Shown here: in pieces, positions 51,290 to 64,000 of the stretch
Position numbering within the stretch: position 1 is the first letter of the stretch
How the letters are laid out: the number at the start of each line of letters is the position of its first letter
Source of the DNA: Octopus sinensis
Lineage: Eukaryota
Direction: 5' to 3'
DNA: 64,000 nucleotides
NCBI RefSeq assembly: GCF_006345805.1
Contig: NC_042997.1
Location: forward strand, 180,296,001 to 180,360,000
Made by a program: the position numbers and the translations under genes
The notes under the pieces: generated by a model
Told to the model about the DNA's origin: nothing
Database searches by the model: none
What the model saw: only the letters and a program-made list of their open reading frames with translations

Positions 51290-52979
51290 ATGCTTCTTAA
51301 TATTTGCATGCATAAAAAGGAACGATTCGTTAATTTGGTTTAAATGATTAATCTACATTCAGTTCTGGATATGTGTATAGGGCCATTTCATCCGATTAGC
51401 CTTTTTAAGATAAGATGTAATTCGAGGGACTGCTACATCCAATTCATAGCAATTTCTGTATTGAAGAGTTGTATCACCTTTTTTTATTTTCTCATGCTTC
51501 TTCTTATGCTGTGATATATTGATTGGTGTTTCTAGCAGATCGAATGACCACATAGAGGTTTCTTGTTTACGGATATCGTAGCTCCTCCTGTTTTTTACAC
51601 GTTTATGTACATGTTTTGCTATGATAATTTATGCAGAATAAATTATTTTTCATGAGAGAAAACTTTAGGCTTCCTAAAATGTCTTACATACATAAGACTA
51701 TAATTTTCTTTCTTCTTGTGGTTTCTTAAATCTTGTTTAGCGATGATCTCATATTCAATCCTTCCTCGCAAGTAGCTCGTTGATGCACGACTGCCGTGGC
51801 TTGTTGATTATCTCTTTTCAGATTTTCAGAATACAAACGTCTACCTGCGTTTGATTTAAGTATACATTCGATTACTATATCATTTGCTTTCTAAATTAAT
51901 TATAAACACTTCTCTTCGTTATGCGTTGCTGGACAAAAACTTTCTCCAGTTTCAGTTGTCTGAAATCTTGATTGTTGCAAACTTACTACGAAATCTCGAA
52001 CGTTAAATCAGTTTGAAATATAAGTTTCGACTGTACTTGAATAGTCTTACTTTAGCTTATATGGTCTACATTTGTTTCTGTCATTATTTTAGCGTCGTTT
52101 CTGAAGATTCTGCCAGCTACACTCCGAGTTTTGTGTACTTTAGATATGAATTGAAAGGAAAATAGTATTACTCATCAAGACACATGGAATACTCCTAAAA
52201 TATTTAATATATAATAACGATCAGTAACTATAGATTATTCATTGATCAAGTATATCAGTATAGGTAACACTGTAATAAAAAATATCAACTAAAATTTTTC
52301 ATGTATCTAAAATATTAACAGATAATTGAATAACGGTATTTTTTTTTCTTGTTATATATTTCTGTCTGTTAACCATGAAGAAATACACCATGAGTTTCCA
52401 TCACTAGTGTAGAACTTAAAAATGCTATAGGAATTTATCATTTGCACTGTATAGACATACATTTTTTGAGCAATCATATCTATGTTGGAATAGAAAAAAA
52501 TCAATGATTTTCAAACTGCTAATGTACAGACCTACACAAACAGTGAGCTTAAGGAGCTGCAATCTCTGCATCATTATAACGAAAATGTTACCTATGACTT
52601 GTTACTTGTCATGTTCTTAAACAGCTCTTAATACCTATCTTAAGAAGAAACTGCGAACATAAACAGTGACTCCATTAAGGTGACATAGAAATTTTGGATA
52701 CCACGATATTTCTTTTGTGACGTTCACTGCAAATATATATATAAACGTACATTTCTTTGAAGCCATCTTGGTTTAGTTTCACACCAGCAACAATTCTATA
52801 CATTTTCACGACAGATATTCAGACCAGCTAATCAAAAATGATAGACGCAACAAGTCGAAAACGGATAAAAGTGAGGTTTCTTATATCTGAACAACAATTT
52901 ATCGTTTTTTACACACTCACACAGACACACACACACACAGACACACACATACACACACATATACACACACACACACACA

Positions 52980-53029
<50 letters not shown>

Positions 53030-53329
53030 TTATGAGAGGTAATGTTATCAGTAAGGCGTAAAGGTATCGGGTAATGCTGAATAAGTGCTATAGATAGACA
53101 ATAGTTAAGCTCCAGGTTCGGTGATTATGCGAATAAGGAGCCCAACGTAGGCCATATATCGGCGTGTGTATATATAATTTTTATTCAGAATGAGATAAAA
53201 AAAAGCAAGACTGTGAAGATTTTAGAACATTTTCATTCCTCCAATTCACACTCCATTTCGTATCTTATTTAAATTAACTATTGCATAACCATTTTCTCAC
53301 AAAGCTTTCCTAGTTCTAGTTCTACGTCG

Positions 53330-54455
53330 CCTATTATTGCTAGAATTAACTTGACTGAACAGGATCTTCTGCGAGAATCCACTTTTCCTTAATGCGTTAT
53401 TGTGATACTGCACAGCATTTTGAAATGCTGTCTCAATCGAAGAAATTGATGATATACACCTTCCTACATTACTAACTAGGTTCTTAAGAATTACGGGTGG
53501 AGGATTAGATTCTTTGCTAATATAACATAGCTTTTCATTGGGCTTACTTTAGGGTTTAGATTTATCTAATTGTAAATCTAAGTTGATATCTAAAAATATA
53601 CGCTTTTAAGGTTACTTTCTATCGTAATTCATAAGCCCATTCTTTGGAAGTAAGTAATCAGTTTCTTTCTCAGCTTATCTAACTAATAGCCGTTTAAATT
53701 ATGGGAGGCCGTCATCCTTATACAATCCTGCATCTATAAAAGGGAATTCTATATGCAGATTATGCAAAATATAAGCTCCTATAAGCACACATAACTCCTC
53801 CACATCATATTCCCCCATCGGTACATCGAAAAGAGAATCCTCACTCTTTTTTACCAAGGTAGAATCCTCGTAAAAAAGAAGGAATTTCCTTGCATGCAGG
53901 ATAATATCTATTTCTCAGCTGCCATGGTGATATACTGCTTAGCGAACTCTAATGCTTTTAGAAGGAAAGGCCTAGGTATTGACGGGTAAAAGTCGACAAT
54001 ATCAAACTGCATAAACTTGCAGTTATGATTATGGCTAATTTCTTTGAATCAATCTATCACTGATTAGCTTTTTTCCAAACCCGTAAATTTAATTCACTAT
54101 CTAACTTACTTAAAATATGATCTAAAATATATTTGCTAATAATACCTGTTTCAGTTTCAGGTAGATTAATTAGTCTACACTTAGGGTTTCTATTGAAATT
54201 AACTTTGTGGACTTTTAGAGTAATAAAGGGCTGGTGTGGAGGGATATATTGTATCCTATCAATAATTTTAAGTTTCTTAGCAATTATCCTTGCCTCCAAA
54301 TTCACCTCTTTATATAAATTCGTGTTGTCTTTTTGTAGGTGTCTGTAATGCTGTTCGAAAGAAGACGTTTATAAACATATTTATCAATTGCGTATAAGTT
54401 TTGTGTCTTACCAAATTTACGAAGATCTTATGTCTCTAAATTTTCCAATTTCCCA
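53330..54455 (-). mobile_element. Penelope-like reverse transcriptase remnant
   Basis: FITLKVHKVNF..PKCRLIN; FDVPMGEYD..ELCVLIG; GLYKDDGL; broken by stops and frameshifts. Confidence 0.88.
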
Positions 54456-54830
54456 TAGAAATTCTTTCCGATACACCGAGAACAGGACAGCGACTAGTCT
54501 TGCAAAGGATGTCTGGGAACTGAAAGAGAATGAACCCCGTCATTTCAATGTAACCTGGAAAATTCTAGAAAAAGCATCATCATACAGACATTGAGCTTAT
54601 AAAAGACCTATGAAATGTAATCTTTGCCTCTCGGAGAAGTTATTCATCTTGTTCCAGGACAAAAACGCATTGAAGCAGAGACGCGAGCTCTTAAATTCCT
54701 GCAGACACGCCATTTTCAAATGTTCATCCATTAAACGAGTTGCATATGTTTGCTTATAACCTTATTTTTGTTCCATTCTAAACAAAACTGTCCGATGAAC
54801 GGGAATGTGAAACTCTGAGTAAAGTTTTTT
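54456..54830 (+). mobile_element. Penelope GIY-YIG C-terminal remnant and terminus with degenerate HHR (54784-54828), inverted relative to the RT fragment
   Basis: HRNSFRY..ATSLAKDVWELKE..VTWKILEKA..CNLCLSEKLFIL; aaaact..ccgatga..gaaactctgaGTAaagtttt. Confidence 0.82.
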
Positions 54831-56059
54831 CTGATATTTTTGCTACTTTTTAATAAAGCATATTACTCTACCTCAGGTATTCAAGTACTATTTTTACCAC
54901 TTTGTTTCGCATTTGTGTGCTTACTTATATATATATACATATATATATACCACATTCGTTTGAATAAAATAAGGGAAAACTTCATAAAGAAGTCAATATT
55001 CATAATGCGAAATTTTCAGATTATTTTTCTCATTGACTGTTTTTATTTTTGCAATGTTTCCGTCGGTAATCTTTCCGTTCGCCTTCAAGTGAAATTTTTG
55101 AGGTAGGCAGTTGCTAAAGCTCTATCCCTTTATTTTATTAACTGGGCTTGATACCCAACCTATTATCACGTTTCCCTGATAAATAATATTTTGTAATTTA
55201 TATTTAATATGTTCTGCCCATTATGTCTGTTGTTGTTTTTTTAGCTAACTGTCCTTGACAACATCATCGCAGCTGTTCATCATTGACACTTTTTTAAAGT
55301 GCTTTATATGCTTTATATAATGTAATTTATCATCGCTTATCTGCTTTTTTCCAGCAAGTTGAATAATCAAGTAATGATTCGAATTCACTTAGTTGTCTCT
55401 GTTTGTGCCAAATAATATTGAGATAAATAGATCTGATTCGATAAATGAAACACATTTACGATTTTATTGAACTACTTAGGTTTTGTTGTTAAGTTTAAAT
55501 TATCGATAAAAATGCGCTCACAAAAAAAAATAATTACAACGGAACATTTTTTGGCATAATCATTGGGATAGGATCATAAAAACCTGAAAAATCAAGACAA
55601 TAAGAACGGTAATGTAGACTTAGCAAATGATTTAGATTTATATGATGGACGAGAGAGATTTTTACGAAATAAGAGATATGCGGGAGCAATTGGGTAAAAG
55701 CAAACTAACCAAGTGAATACACGTCTAAACAATCCGTTCTTATCTGTTGTGTCTGAGGAGAATCATTTTATTTTTGTGCATAATTTCCACAAGACTATTG
55801 AAAAGGTTGCAAGACACAACGAAAAGTTTAGGAAAATAAAAATAAGAAATAAGTGGAAATTTTATCGGTGAGAAAATGACTCTCCCCAGACACAACATAA
55901 TATGCTTCAACACACGAACTCATATAAAGTATCTTGCAAACTAAATTCAAAAACGAAATAAGATACGTTTTAAATTCAACGGGTATATTTTCATTCTTTC
56001 AACGTCAAAAATAAAACAAATACACAACGAACTCTGCCAGCGATATGTAATCTGGTACT

Positions 56060-56434
56060 GGATGGAAGCACTCCGTCGGTAACGACGACGAGGGTTCCGT
56101 TGATCCGAATCAACGGAACAGCCTGCTCGTGAAATTAACGTGAGCACTCCACAGACACGTGTACCCTTAACGTAGTTCTCGGGGATATTCAGCGTGACAC
56201 AGTGAGTGACAAGGCCGGCCCTTTGAAATACAGGTACAACAGAAACAAGAAGTAAGAGTGAGAGAAAGTTGTGGTGAAAGAGTACAACAGGGATCACCAC
56301 CATCCCCTGCCGGAGCCTCGTGGAGCTTTAGGTGTTTTCGTTCAATAAACACTCACAACGCCCGGTCTGGGAATCGAAACCGCGATCCTATGACCGCGAG
56401 TCCACTGCCCTAACCACTGGGCCATTGCGCCTCC
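56060..56434 (-). mobile_element. tRNA-derived SINE, family C, full length
   Basis: ggcgcaatggcccagtggttagggc..ggtttcgattccc head; 11-bp TSD aatctggtact at 56049-56059 and 56435-56445. Confidence 0.93.
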
Positions 56435-57198
56435 AATCTGGTACTACATCACAAGAAGCGGATGTTATTTAAAAATAGATTTAAACATGATAATCCAAAT
56501 ATTATATTCCTTCTCTTCAGAACGTATGTTTTATATGAAATTCATATCTCAAAGGGTTCCAGTTCCTTAAAAATCAATTCTCATAAGGCAGGTCTGCTTT
56601 AAATATCAAGGTTTCCCAAAGTAATATAACTTTTATAAAATAAAATTACACATAAAAATAACCGGTAATATGCTTATTACAAATGTACATAACTACAGTT
56701 GAACTATCTATCTGGTATAATGTTTTAAAATTTTATTTTTATATCTATTTCTATATTGCTAAATATAAAAGCTGTGCAAACTGCATTCCATTTCAGAACC
56801 ATTAACAGTCCCATTGGAATCCATCCTTTATCATAAATATTTCCAATAAGTTTATTTAACATAGGGTCAATATTAAAATCTGATTATTTACATATATTAA
56901 AACATAAGCAAGACTCAGATTGTAGATAATCTATTTTCTTCTATATGAAATGCTTCATCAATCTGCCTAAACTTCTACATCATAATAATGAAATTAATTG
57001 ATAATATTAGCGGTGTGATATGAATGGAAGATTTGATATCTGCCGTCTTTCTTTAACTTAGAGAATGCAAAACTCTGCTGTCGCTCGTTAATTCCTCTCC
57101 TTCCAACATTCCCTCTGAAACGTTGGATATTCTATTTCTCATGGCAAGATAACTTTACTCTTTGTATTGATTTTATCACATTACACACAAACACTCAT

Positions 57199-57269
<71 letters not shown>

Positions 57270-57309
57270 TAATACAGATATGTATGAAGGCATACATACA
57301 TACATACTG

Positions 57310-58045
57310 AGTTAACACAGAAGATATCATACGCGTCATAAGCAGTTGTCCGAAAATGTCATCATGATATTATCTACCGATGAGACATGATGTTGAGACT
57401 AGAACATTATATAATGAAATCCGACGGAAGGATTACCCTGAAGACAAAGAAGTAGGAACTCACCGTATCGTAGAAGCCATCACCGCTCATAATAAATAGG
57501 AGTAGTGATTGAATGTCCCAGTAAAAAACCTCAGTAACGTGTGTGGAAATTAGCTGCCCAGCGGATGATAACATAATACAGAAGATCAAGGAAAAAGGGA
57601 ATGCCTTCTCTGAGCTATCGAGAAATCTGCAGTTACTCTATCCAGATTACATGTTCAGATTTACACTTGTAATTATTAGGGCACTAGGATATATAGCACA
57701 CTGCCTAAATACTAATCTGGAAAAATTAGTCTACTTAAAATCAGAAAAGAGAAAGCTGATTCGAAGACTACAGATGTACGCCATCACTGGATCATTAAAA
57801 ATCTATAAATCTTTTCAGAAGTTTATGATTTAAATTTCTATGAGCATAACTAGTAATTCAAGTAGATGCATGAAATGACATACATAAAATAAAACATACA
57901 AATCTGCACGTATACATACATGCATTCATACATACAAAAATACCCAGATGTTGATGTTGAAATTGCAAATGAAGAAGTCTTGGATCTTAGTCAAAAACAA
58001 GGTCCTTCAGTATTGGCAAGAAATCTTGAAATAAAACTGTAAGAA
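57310..58045 (+). mobile_element. RLE-type LINE 3' remnant, same family as 38200-38700
   Basis: EDIIRVISSCPKMS..YYLPMRHD knuckle region; EISCPAD..IIRALG..KSFQKF; shared 3' UTR. Confidence 0.87.
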
Positions 58046-58223
58046 TGGCATACACAACGCTTTTTTGACAACAGGCTAGGTTACAATGAGAGTTTCCAAA
58101 TTAGGAACAGATTACTTCAATTTGATTAGGGATATTGCAAAGCGAAGGTTTTCACGTTACTGAACAAAATATTGGGCAAAACTGACTGGTATATGCTTGA
58201 TGTAGACAGACATCGGGTTAAAG

Positions 58224-58403
58224 CAGTGGTTCCCAACAGTGGTTCCCAACACTTTTATTTAAATGAGGTTTCCCACGGACCCCTTTTAACATGCTCATCC
58301 TTATGGTATTTATGCATTTGAAATTTTCAATTTAGATCACAGACATCCAGTGCTACCTTTGTGGACCTCCAGGGATCCGCAGACTCCAGGTTGGGAACCA
58401 CTG
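58224..58403. mobile_element. hAT-type MITE
   Basis: TIRs cagtggttcccaac / gttgggaaccactg, left TIR tandemly duplicated; 8-bp flanks ggttaaag / ggttagat. Confidence 0.85.
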
Positions 58404-59285
58404 GGTTAGATGAGGAAAAACACCAGGGTAAACTTTTTTTGAATTTGTGCAAATGACAGAGATATTGAGGGGAAAGAGAAAAGAAAAAGAGCAGAGAATG
58501 ATCTAATTACATTGGAAACAAAACGTCAAAATATGTTTCTGTTTTGTATTTTTACATCATCAGCAGTGCCTCATTAAGATTTTCGTTTTAGACAACAACT
58601 AATTCATCATTCTACTTTCATTTGGAGAAGGATATATGTCAAGAAAATTTACATTTCCCTACTACTGTATTTATGCTTTTCGTATTTAAATAATTTCCCT
58701 TACCCGACACATCTAATATTCTCGACACGCTAAGTTACTCGTACAAAACGTGTGACTCATGGTAAAATTAATATTATTTTCTCATTTACTCCTGATGTCA
58801 GCTATTCCATAATATCAAAATGAACAGACTCAAAATATTAACATATTTTGATAAAAAAAAATATGTAAGCTATTCCTTAATATCAATTTGAACAGAATGA
58901 AAGTATAAACATATTTTAATGAAAACAAATTATAGACTCATGTGAAAAACATATTCAAGGTAGCCCAAAATCAAAGTAAATCTGAAAAAAAAAGAAACAT
59001 TAACAGACAACCCGAAATATTAACATTTAATTTTGTCTGATTTCATCAACTTCATTTACATTGTATTTGTGTGTATTGGATATTTAAACAACTATATCAG
59101 ATTCTACAAAGGTAGTTTTCAGGAAAACACAAACATCGTACAGTGTTACAATTTGAATATCGTGAATCGAACAATTAATATCCCTCTAGATATGCTTAAA
59201 ATCTAAGACGTAATGAATGCAGCAATTCGAATAAAATCACTTGGTCTTAAAGTTTGGATTTTTTGCCAACAATTTACGATTTATA

Positions 59286-59708
59286 GGCGCATGAGTGGCT
59301 GTGTGGTAATTAGCTTGCTTACCAACCACATGGTTCCGGGTTCCGTCCCACTGCGGGGCATCTTGGGCAAGTGTCTTCTGCTATAGCCTCGGGCCGACCA
59401 AAGCCTTGTGAGTGGATTTGGTAGACGGAAACTGGAAGAAGCCTGTCGTATATATGTATATATATATATATATCTGTGTGTGGGGGGGAGTTTGTGTGTT
59501 TGTGTTTGTCCCCCTAGCATTGCTTCACAACCGCTGCTGGTGTGTTTACGTCCCCGTTACATAGCGGTTCGGCAAAAGAGACCGATAGAATAAGTACTGG
59601 GCTTACAAAGAATAAGTTCTGGGGTCGATTTGATCGACTAAAGGCGGTGCTCCAGCATGGCCGCAGTCAAATGACTGAAACAAGTAAAATAATAAAAGAG
59701 TAAAAGAG
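59286..59708 (+). mobile_element. SINE family A, full length
   Basis: Matches 7216-7672. Confidence 0.94.
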
Positions 59709-60403
59709 ATGCAAGTGCAACCAGTTTAAATCTCTACATACCAGATGCTACCAAATTTACTGAGTCATCAGGAGGGATGCCAGTATCCGGTATGCGGAAA
59801 TTATTAAGAATGTATTAATGGAAATTGTGGTAGCAGTAATTTATTTTCATTGTGGTTAAAAAATATTAACCAAGGCATTGAGTTATATGCATGAAGAGAA
59901 AAATATGCGAGTGAATATTTATTTATCTCATTTTTGAAATTTTAATAAGCTTATAATATGAATCTAGTACCACGAACAGCTAAGTTTTTTTTTATATGTA
60001 TTTGTGCATCTATACTAGTAATACATAAAATTATATTTTAGTTCATATCTCTGTTTAGTTGCATAATATGCGTGGAATACAGAGGGAGATACAAAACTAT
60101 CGAAAACAAAAGAATTAATCAAACAGCACAAAATTAATGAGTTTCCGCCAAATTTTTATTTTGGCATTCGTCTAGAAGAAAATATTGAATATCTACAATT
60201 GATATTTTCGAATAATATTACATATAAATACGCAATTTCAATGATTTTAGGATGTTAAAACCTTCAGATCTTTGGCTGAATAATTGGGGTGACAATCGAA
60301 ACTATTCATGAGAAGAGACACAATATCACAGTTGACATGGATCTAAACAATATTAATTTTAGTCGACAGGGATTATTTTACTGCTTGTATATACTGTATT
60401 TGT

Positions 60404-60700
60404 GGAGGCACATGGCCTATTGGTTAGAGCAACGGACCCGCGGTCGAGGGATTGCGATTTCGAATCTCAGACCGGGTGATGTGTGTGTTTATGAGCGAAA
60501 CACCTAAGCTCCACGCGGCTCTGGCAGAAAGTAATGGCGAACTACTGCTGACTCTTTCGCCACAATTTCTCTCACTCTTTCCTCTTACAAGTCATCTGCG
60601 AGGGATCGGCGTCCCGTCCAGGTGGGGATCCTATGCGCCAATGAAACCTGGAAACCGGCCCTATTGACCACCCAGGCATCGCTCGAGAAGGAACAAACAA
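60404..60700 (+). mobile_element. tRNA-derived SINE, family C-like head with V/CORE-like 3' domain
   Basis: tggcctattggttagagc..gatttcgaatctc head; gatcggcgtcccgtccagg; atatactgta on both flanks. Confidence 0.8.
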
Positions 60701-61771
60701 ATATACTGTAATTATAATAGATCACTGGCAAATATTGTATTTATAATTTGGTTTTAGAATGACTATGACACTTCTTGAACTTCTTAACACTGGAACCACT
60801 TTCTTAGCTTAATAATATCAAGTTTCTGTCTGGATTTTTATGAAGAAATTTTACTCATGAGGAGAGATGCCGTAATAGAAAACTAACGAGTGCGTAGATA
60901 AACAATATGTAATGTCTAGACGCATTATTTAAGGTAGATTTTACTCTAATTACTTTATTTACAAACTATGTCTAGACGTATTGCTTTGTTAATGCTATAA
61001 GCATATTTCAAGGTAATTTACTCACATAATGTTGGCAATAAATACTTTGCAAAAGGACAATTTAGTAACCTGTTAGGTTATTTTTAATGATGTGTGGTCT
61101 AGTTCAGCCTTGATATAGCAAACATATTTTCTGTAGAGTGTAAACCTCAAACTATCTTTACCATCTAACCAGCATTCTATTTATAGAAATCCTGGAAAGT
61201 TTACCGCCTTTCTGTTTCATCGCTATGTTATACAGACACATTTAGTAATTCGCGATGTCTTTTTTGGAAAGATTTCATCATTGAAATTATCTAACATGCT
61301 CTAAGTGACCATGACGCTTCTCATTTTAACCATATGTGAACAGACGGTTAATATCACTGAGTAAAACTATTTACAGAAGGCCACTTCTTCAGATTCCTCT
61401 TCGACATTCGGTTAAATATTTTCACGAATATAGTGAGATGAAGTCGTTCACATTAGGGATTTGTTCTAAAGATGTTATTTTGGGTGTGAAACATAGATAA
61501 TACACTGACTTAATGTGTTAGCTTTATATGTACTGAATATATGTTAGCTCTTCCTAGTAAAGATCAAGAAGTAAGAGTTGCCACGTTATATAGCATTTAC
61601 AAAGCGGATGAATAACGATCCCATTCACAACACTGTGGTTTTTGAGTACGCTGTTCCAGTTGGTTGTTACACTATTTAAAAGATCAGTTTGTTTTTGAAA
61701 GACGTTATGCATGTGTATGCATATACATGCTTATGTATGTATGTATATAACTATGTATGTATGTATACTCT

Positions 61772-62012
61772 TTTAATCTTTTACTTGTTTCAGTCATGTG
61801 ACTGTGGCCATGCTGGTGTACCGCCTTTAGTGGAGCAAATCGGCCCCAGGACTTATTCTTTGCAAGCCTACTACATATTCTATCTGCCTCTTTTGCCGAA
61901 CAGCTAATTTACGGGGACGTAAAAACACCAGCATCGGTTGTCAAGCGATGGTGGGGGGAAATACACAGACACATAAACACACACACATACACGTACATGC
62001 ACACACACACAC

Positions 62013-62107
<95 letters not shown>

Positions 62108-62265
62108 CATACATATATACGGCGGGTTTCTTTCAGTTTCCGTCTACCAAATCCACCCAGAAGGATATAGTAGAAGACACTTGCCCATGGTGGCACGCAG
62201 TGGGACTGAACCCGGATCCATGTGGTTGGTAAGCAAGCTACTTACCACACAGCCACTCCTATGCC
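61772..62265 (-). mobile_element. SINE family A, older copy with expanded TA tract
   Basis: Reverse complement of family A head and tail. Confidence 0.9.
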
Positions 62266-63507
62266 TAATGTATATACTAATGCATTCATACACACATACA
62301 TGGATAGGGGTTTCGTACGTGTGTATGTGTGTGTGCGCGCGCATGTGTGTGTTTCTGAGTGCATGCGTGTGTATGTGAGAAAGGGTGTGAAAGTGTATGA
62401 TGAGTTTGCGAAAGCTGGAATGGAATTTACATACGTTTCAGAAACATGCATGTGCGTCTGTGAAAGCGTGCATGTAAATGTGAGAATTGAAGGGATTACG
62501 TGCATACAATTAATTAAGCGTTTAAAAAATACTACTACCTCGCAATAAGAAAAGCATTTCAATTGATAGTCCGTTGTACATATTTATTATGTTGCTCTTA
62601 TTCTCATTATAAATTTAGTATTTCATATAAAGTGGTTTTCGTTTCCAAATAAATAAACAGAATAACTAGCATGTGTCATACGTCACACACACACACATGC
62701 ACAGGAACACACATACGCTCACACACATACACACACACACCCACACTCGTGTATAGCTATGAGTATTTGTTTGTGTTTAATAAGGAGCCCGTGTATTGTT
62801 TTCTATAATAACCTGTTCGTCCTAATGGTAACAGCGCGTACATTTTCCTAATTAGAATATTTCTGACGTCACTTTAAATCGAAATGATCCACAAGTATAT
62901 CCGCGTTGTTATTCAGATTTAATTCCCAAGAAGACTGCTAATTACAGCTGCTCTGTTTAGAGAAACGAACGAATTCAAGAGTTCTGCTAATTACAGCTGT
63001 CAGGAAAACCACAATATAAAATGTTTAACCAAATAAAAAACAAAATATATATATAAGCGTGTGTATATGCGTGTGAGAGGAAGACACACAGATTGACTGA
63101 CTGACTGACAGATAGACAGGGTTTGAGCATAGAGGAAGATTGTGACGTAGGCAAGACATCCATGGTGCCTAACAGCAATATGAGGCATTCAACGAGTACA
63201 ACTGAATCGAACGAAGAGGCACATACAGAGATTGTGACAGAAGGAATGAAGGAATTATTCTGAAATATATCAGTTTTATATGCTGAACTAATAATATATT
63301 TTATATCATTTACATAAGACTTATTGAGATAAAAAGTCAGAGAGAAATTTTAGTGCAAAAATCATAATTTTGACATGTCTTTGGAACCGTCAAAAGCTTG
63401 TTTATTTTTATGTCTTTATTATTTGTTATTAGTGTTACTTAATATCTTTTGCTAAAATTGCTGTTTCTTTTCAGATATCATCAGAAAAAGTATTTAATTT
63501 TATTAAA

Positions 63508-63960
63508 ATGACAGATTTATCGAACTTTCAAAGAAGTCAAATTGATTGCGCTCGTATGGCAGGCGTTAGCGTAACGAAAACAGCCGAAATGTGATGACAA
63601 CCTTTGAGAAAAATGGAAAAACCTCCTTGTGGAAACAAATCTCCGGAAGAAAACCAAAACTTTCAGAAAGGGACCGTCGGATTCTTACACGAATTGTTAG
63701 GGCGGATCAGAAAAGTACAGCTCCCAAAATTACTGCAGAGCTTAATGACCACCTCGAGAAACCAGTTTACACAAGATCTGTTCGCCGGGAGCTGCATAAA
63801 GCCGGATTTCACTGAAGGGCTGCAATCAGAAAAAACAACTAATTTCAAAAACAAACGTTGCAAAGCGTTTAAAGTGGAAGCACTGGAAGAATGTTATTTT
63901 CTCAGATGAGTCATCCTTTACCTTATTTCCGACTCCTGGCCGAGCATATGTGTGGAGAAT
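63508..63960 (+). mobile_element. Tc1-like transposase pseudogene, running to the window edge
   Basis: GRKPKLSERDRR.L.RIV..ITAELN..VRRELHKAGF; FSDESSF with the first catalytic Asp; stops and deletions present. Confidence 0.9.
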
Positions 63961-64000
63961 TTAAGCATTTCATCTGATCAAATTTATCCTATGGTTGGGG

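Overview
Eukaryotic, AT-rich, repeat-saturated intronic or intergenic DNA. The SINE families and the microsatellite load point to an octopus-like cephalopod (inference). No complete host gene, rRNA, true tRNA gene or CRISPR array can be supported, and most long six-frame ORFs are microsatellite translations. The window holds tRNA-headed SINEs of at least 3 families, RLE-type LINE remnants (R4/Dong-like), L1/Tx1-like remnants, Penelope-like elements with hammerhead ribozyme (HHR) motifs, four non-autonomous Helitrons, Tc1/mariner, Chapaev-like and hAT remnants, and a few candidate exons. The most notable observations are: (1) a 510-bp TSD-flanked element made of an almost full-length U6 snRNA head, an RTE-type 5' UTR and a (CAA)n tail; (2) a young retrozyme-like locus with a 562-nt repeat period, an intact-core type I HHR, a breakpoint 8-9 nt from the predicted cleavage site and an inverted third copy; (3) a ~340-bp-arm fold-back palindrome that splits a SINE; (4) a Helitron with swapped ends; (5) a tandemly duplicated coding-like segment whose two copies were each hit by a transposon. 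All calls were made by eye, with no database searches.
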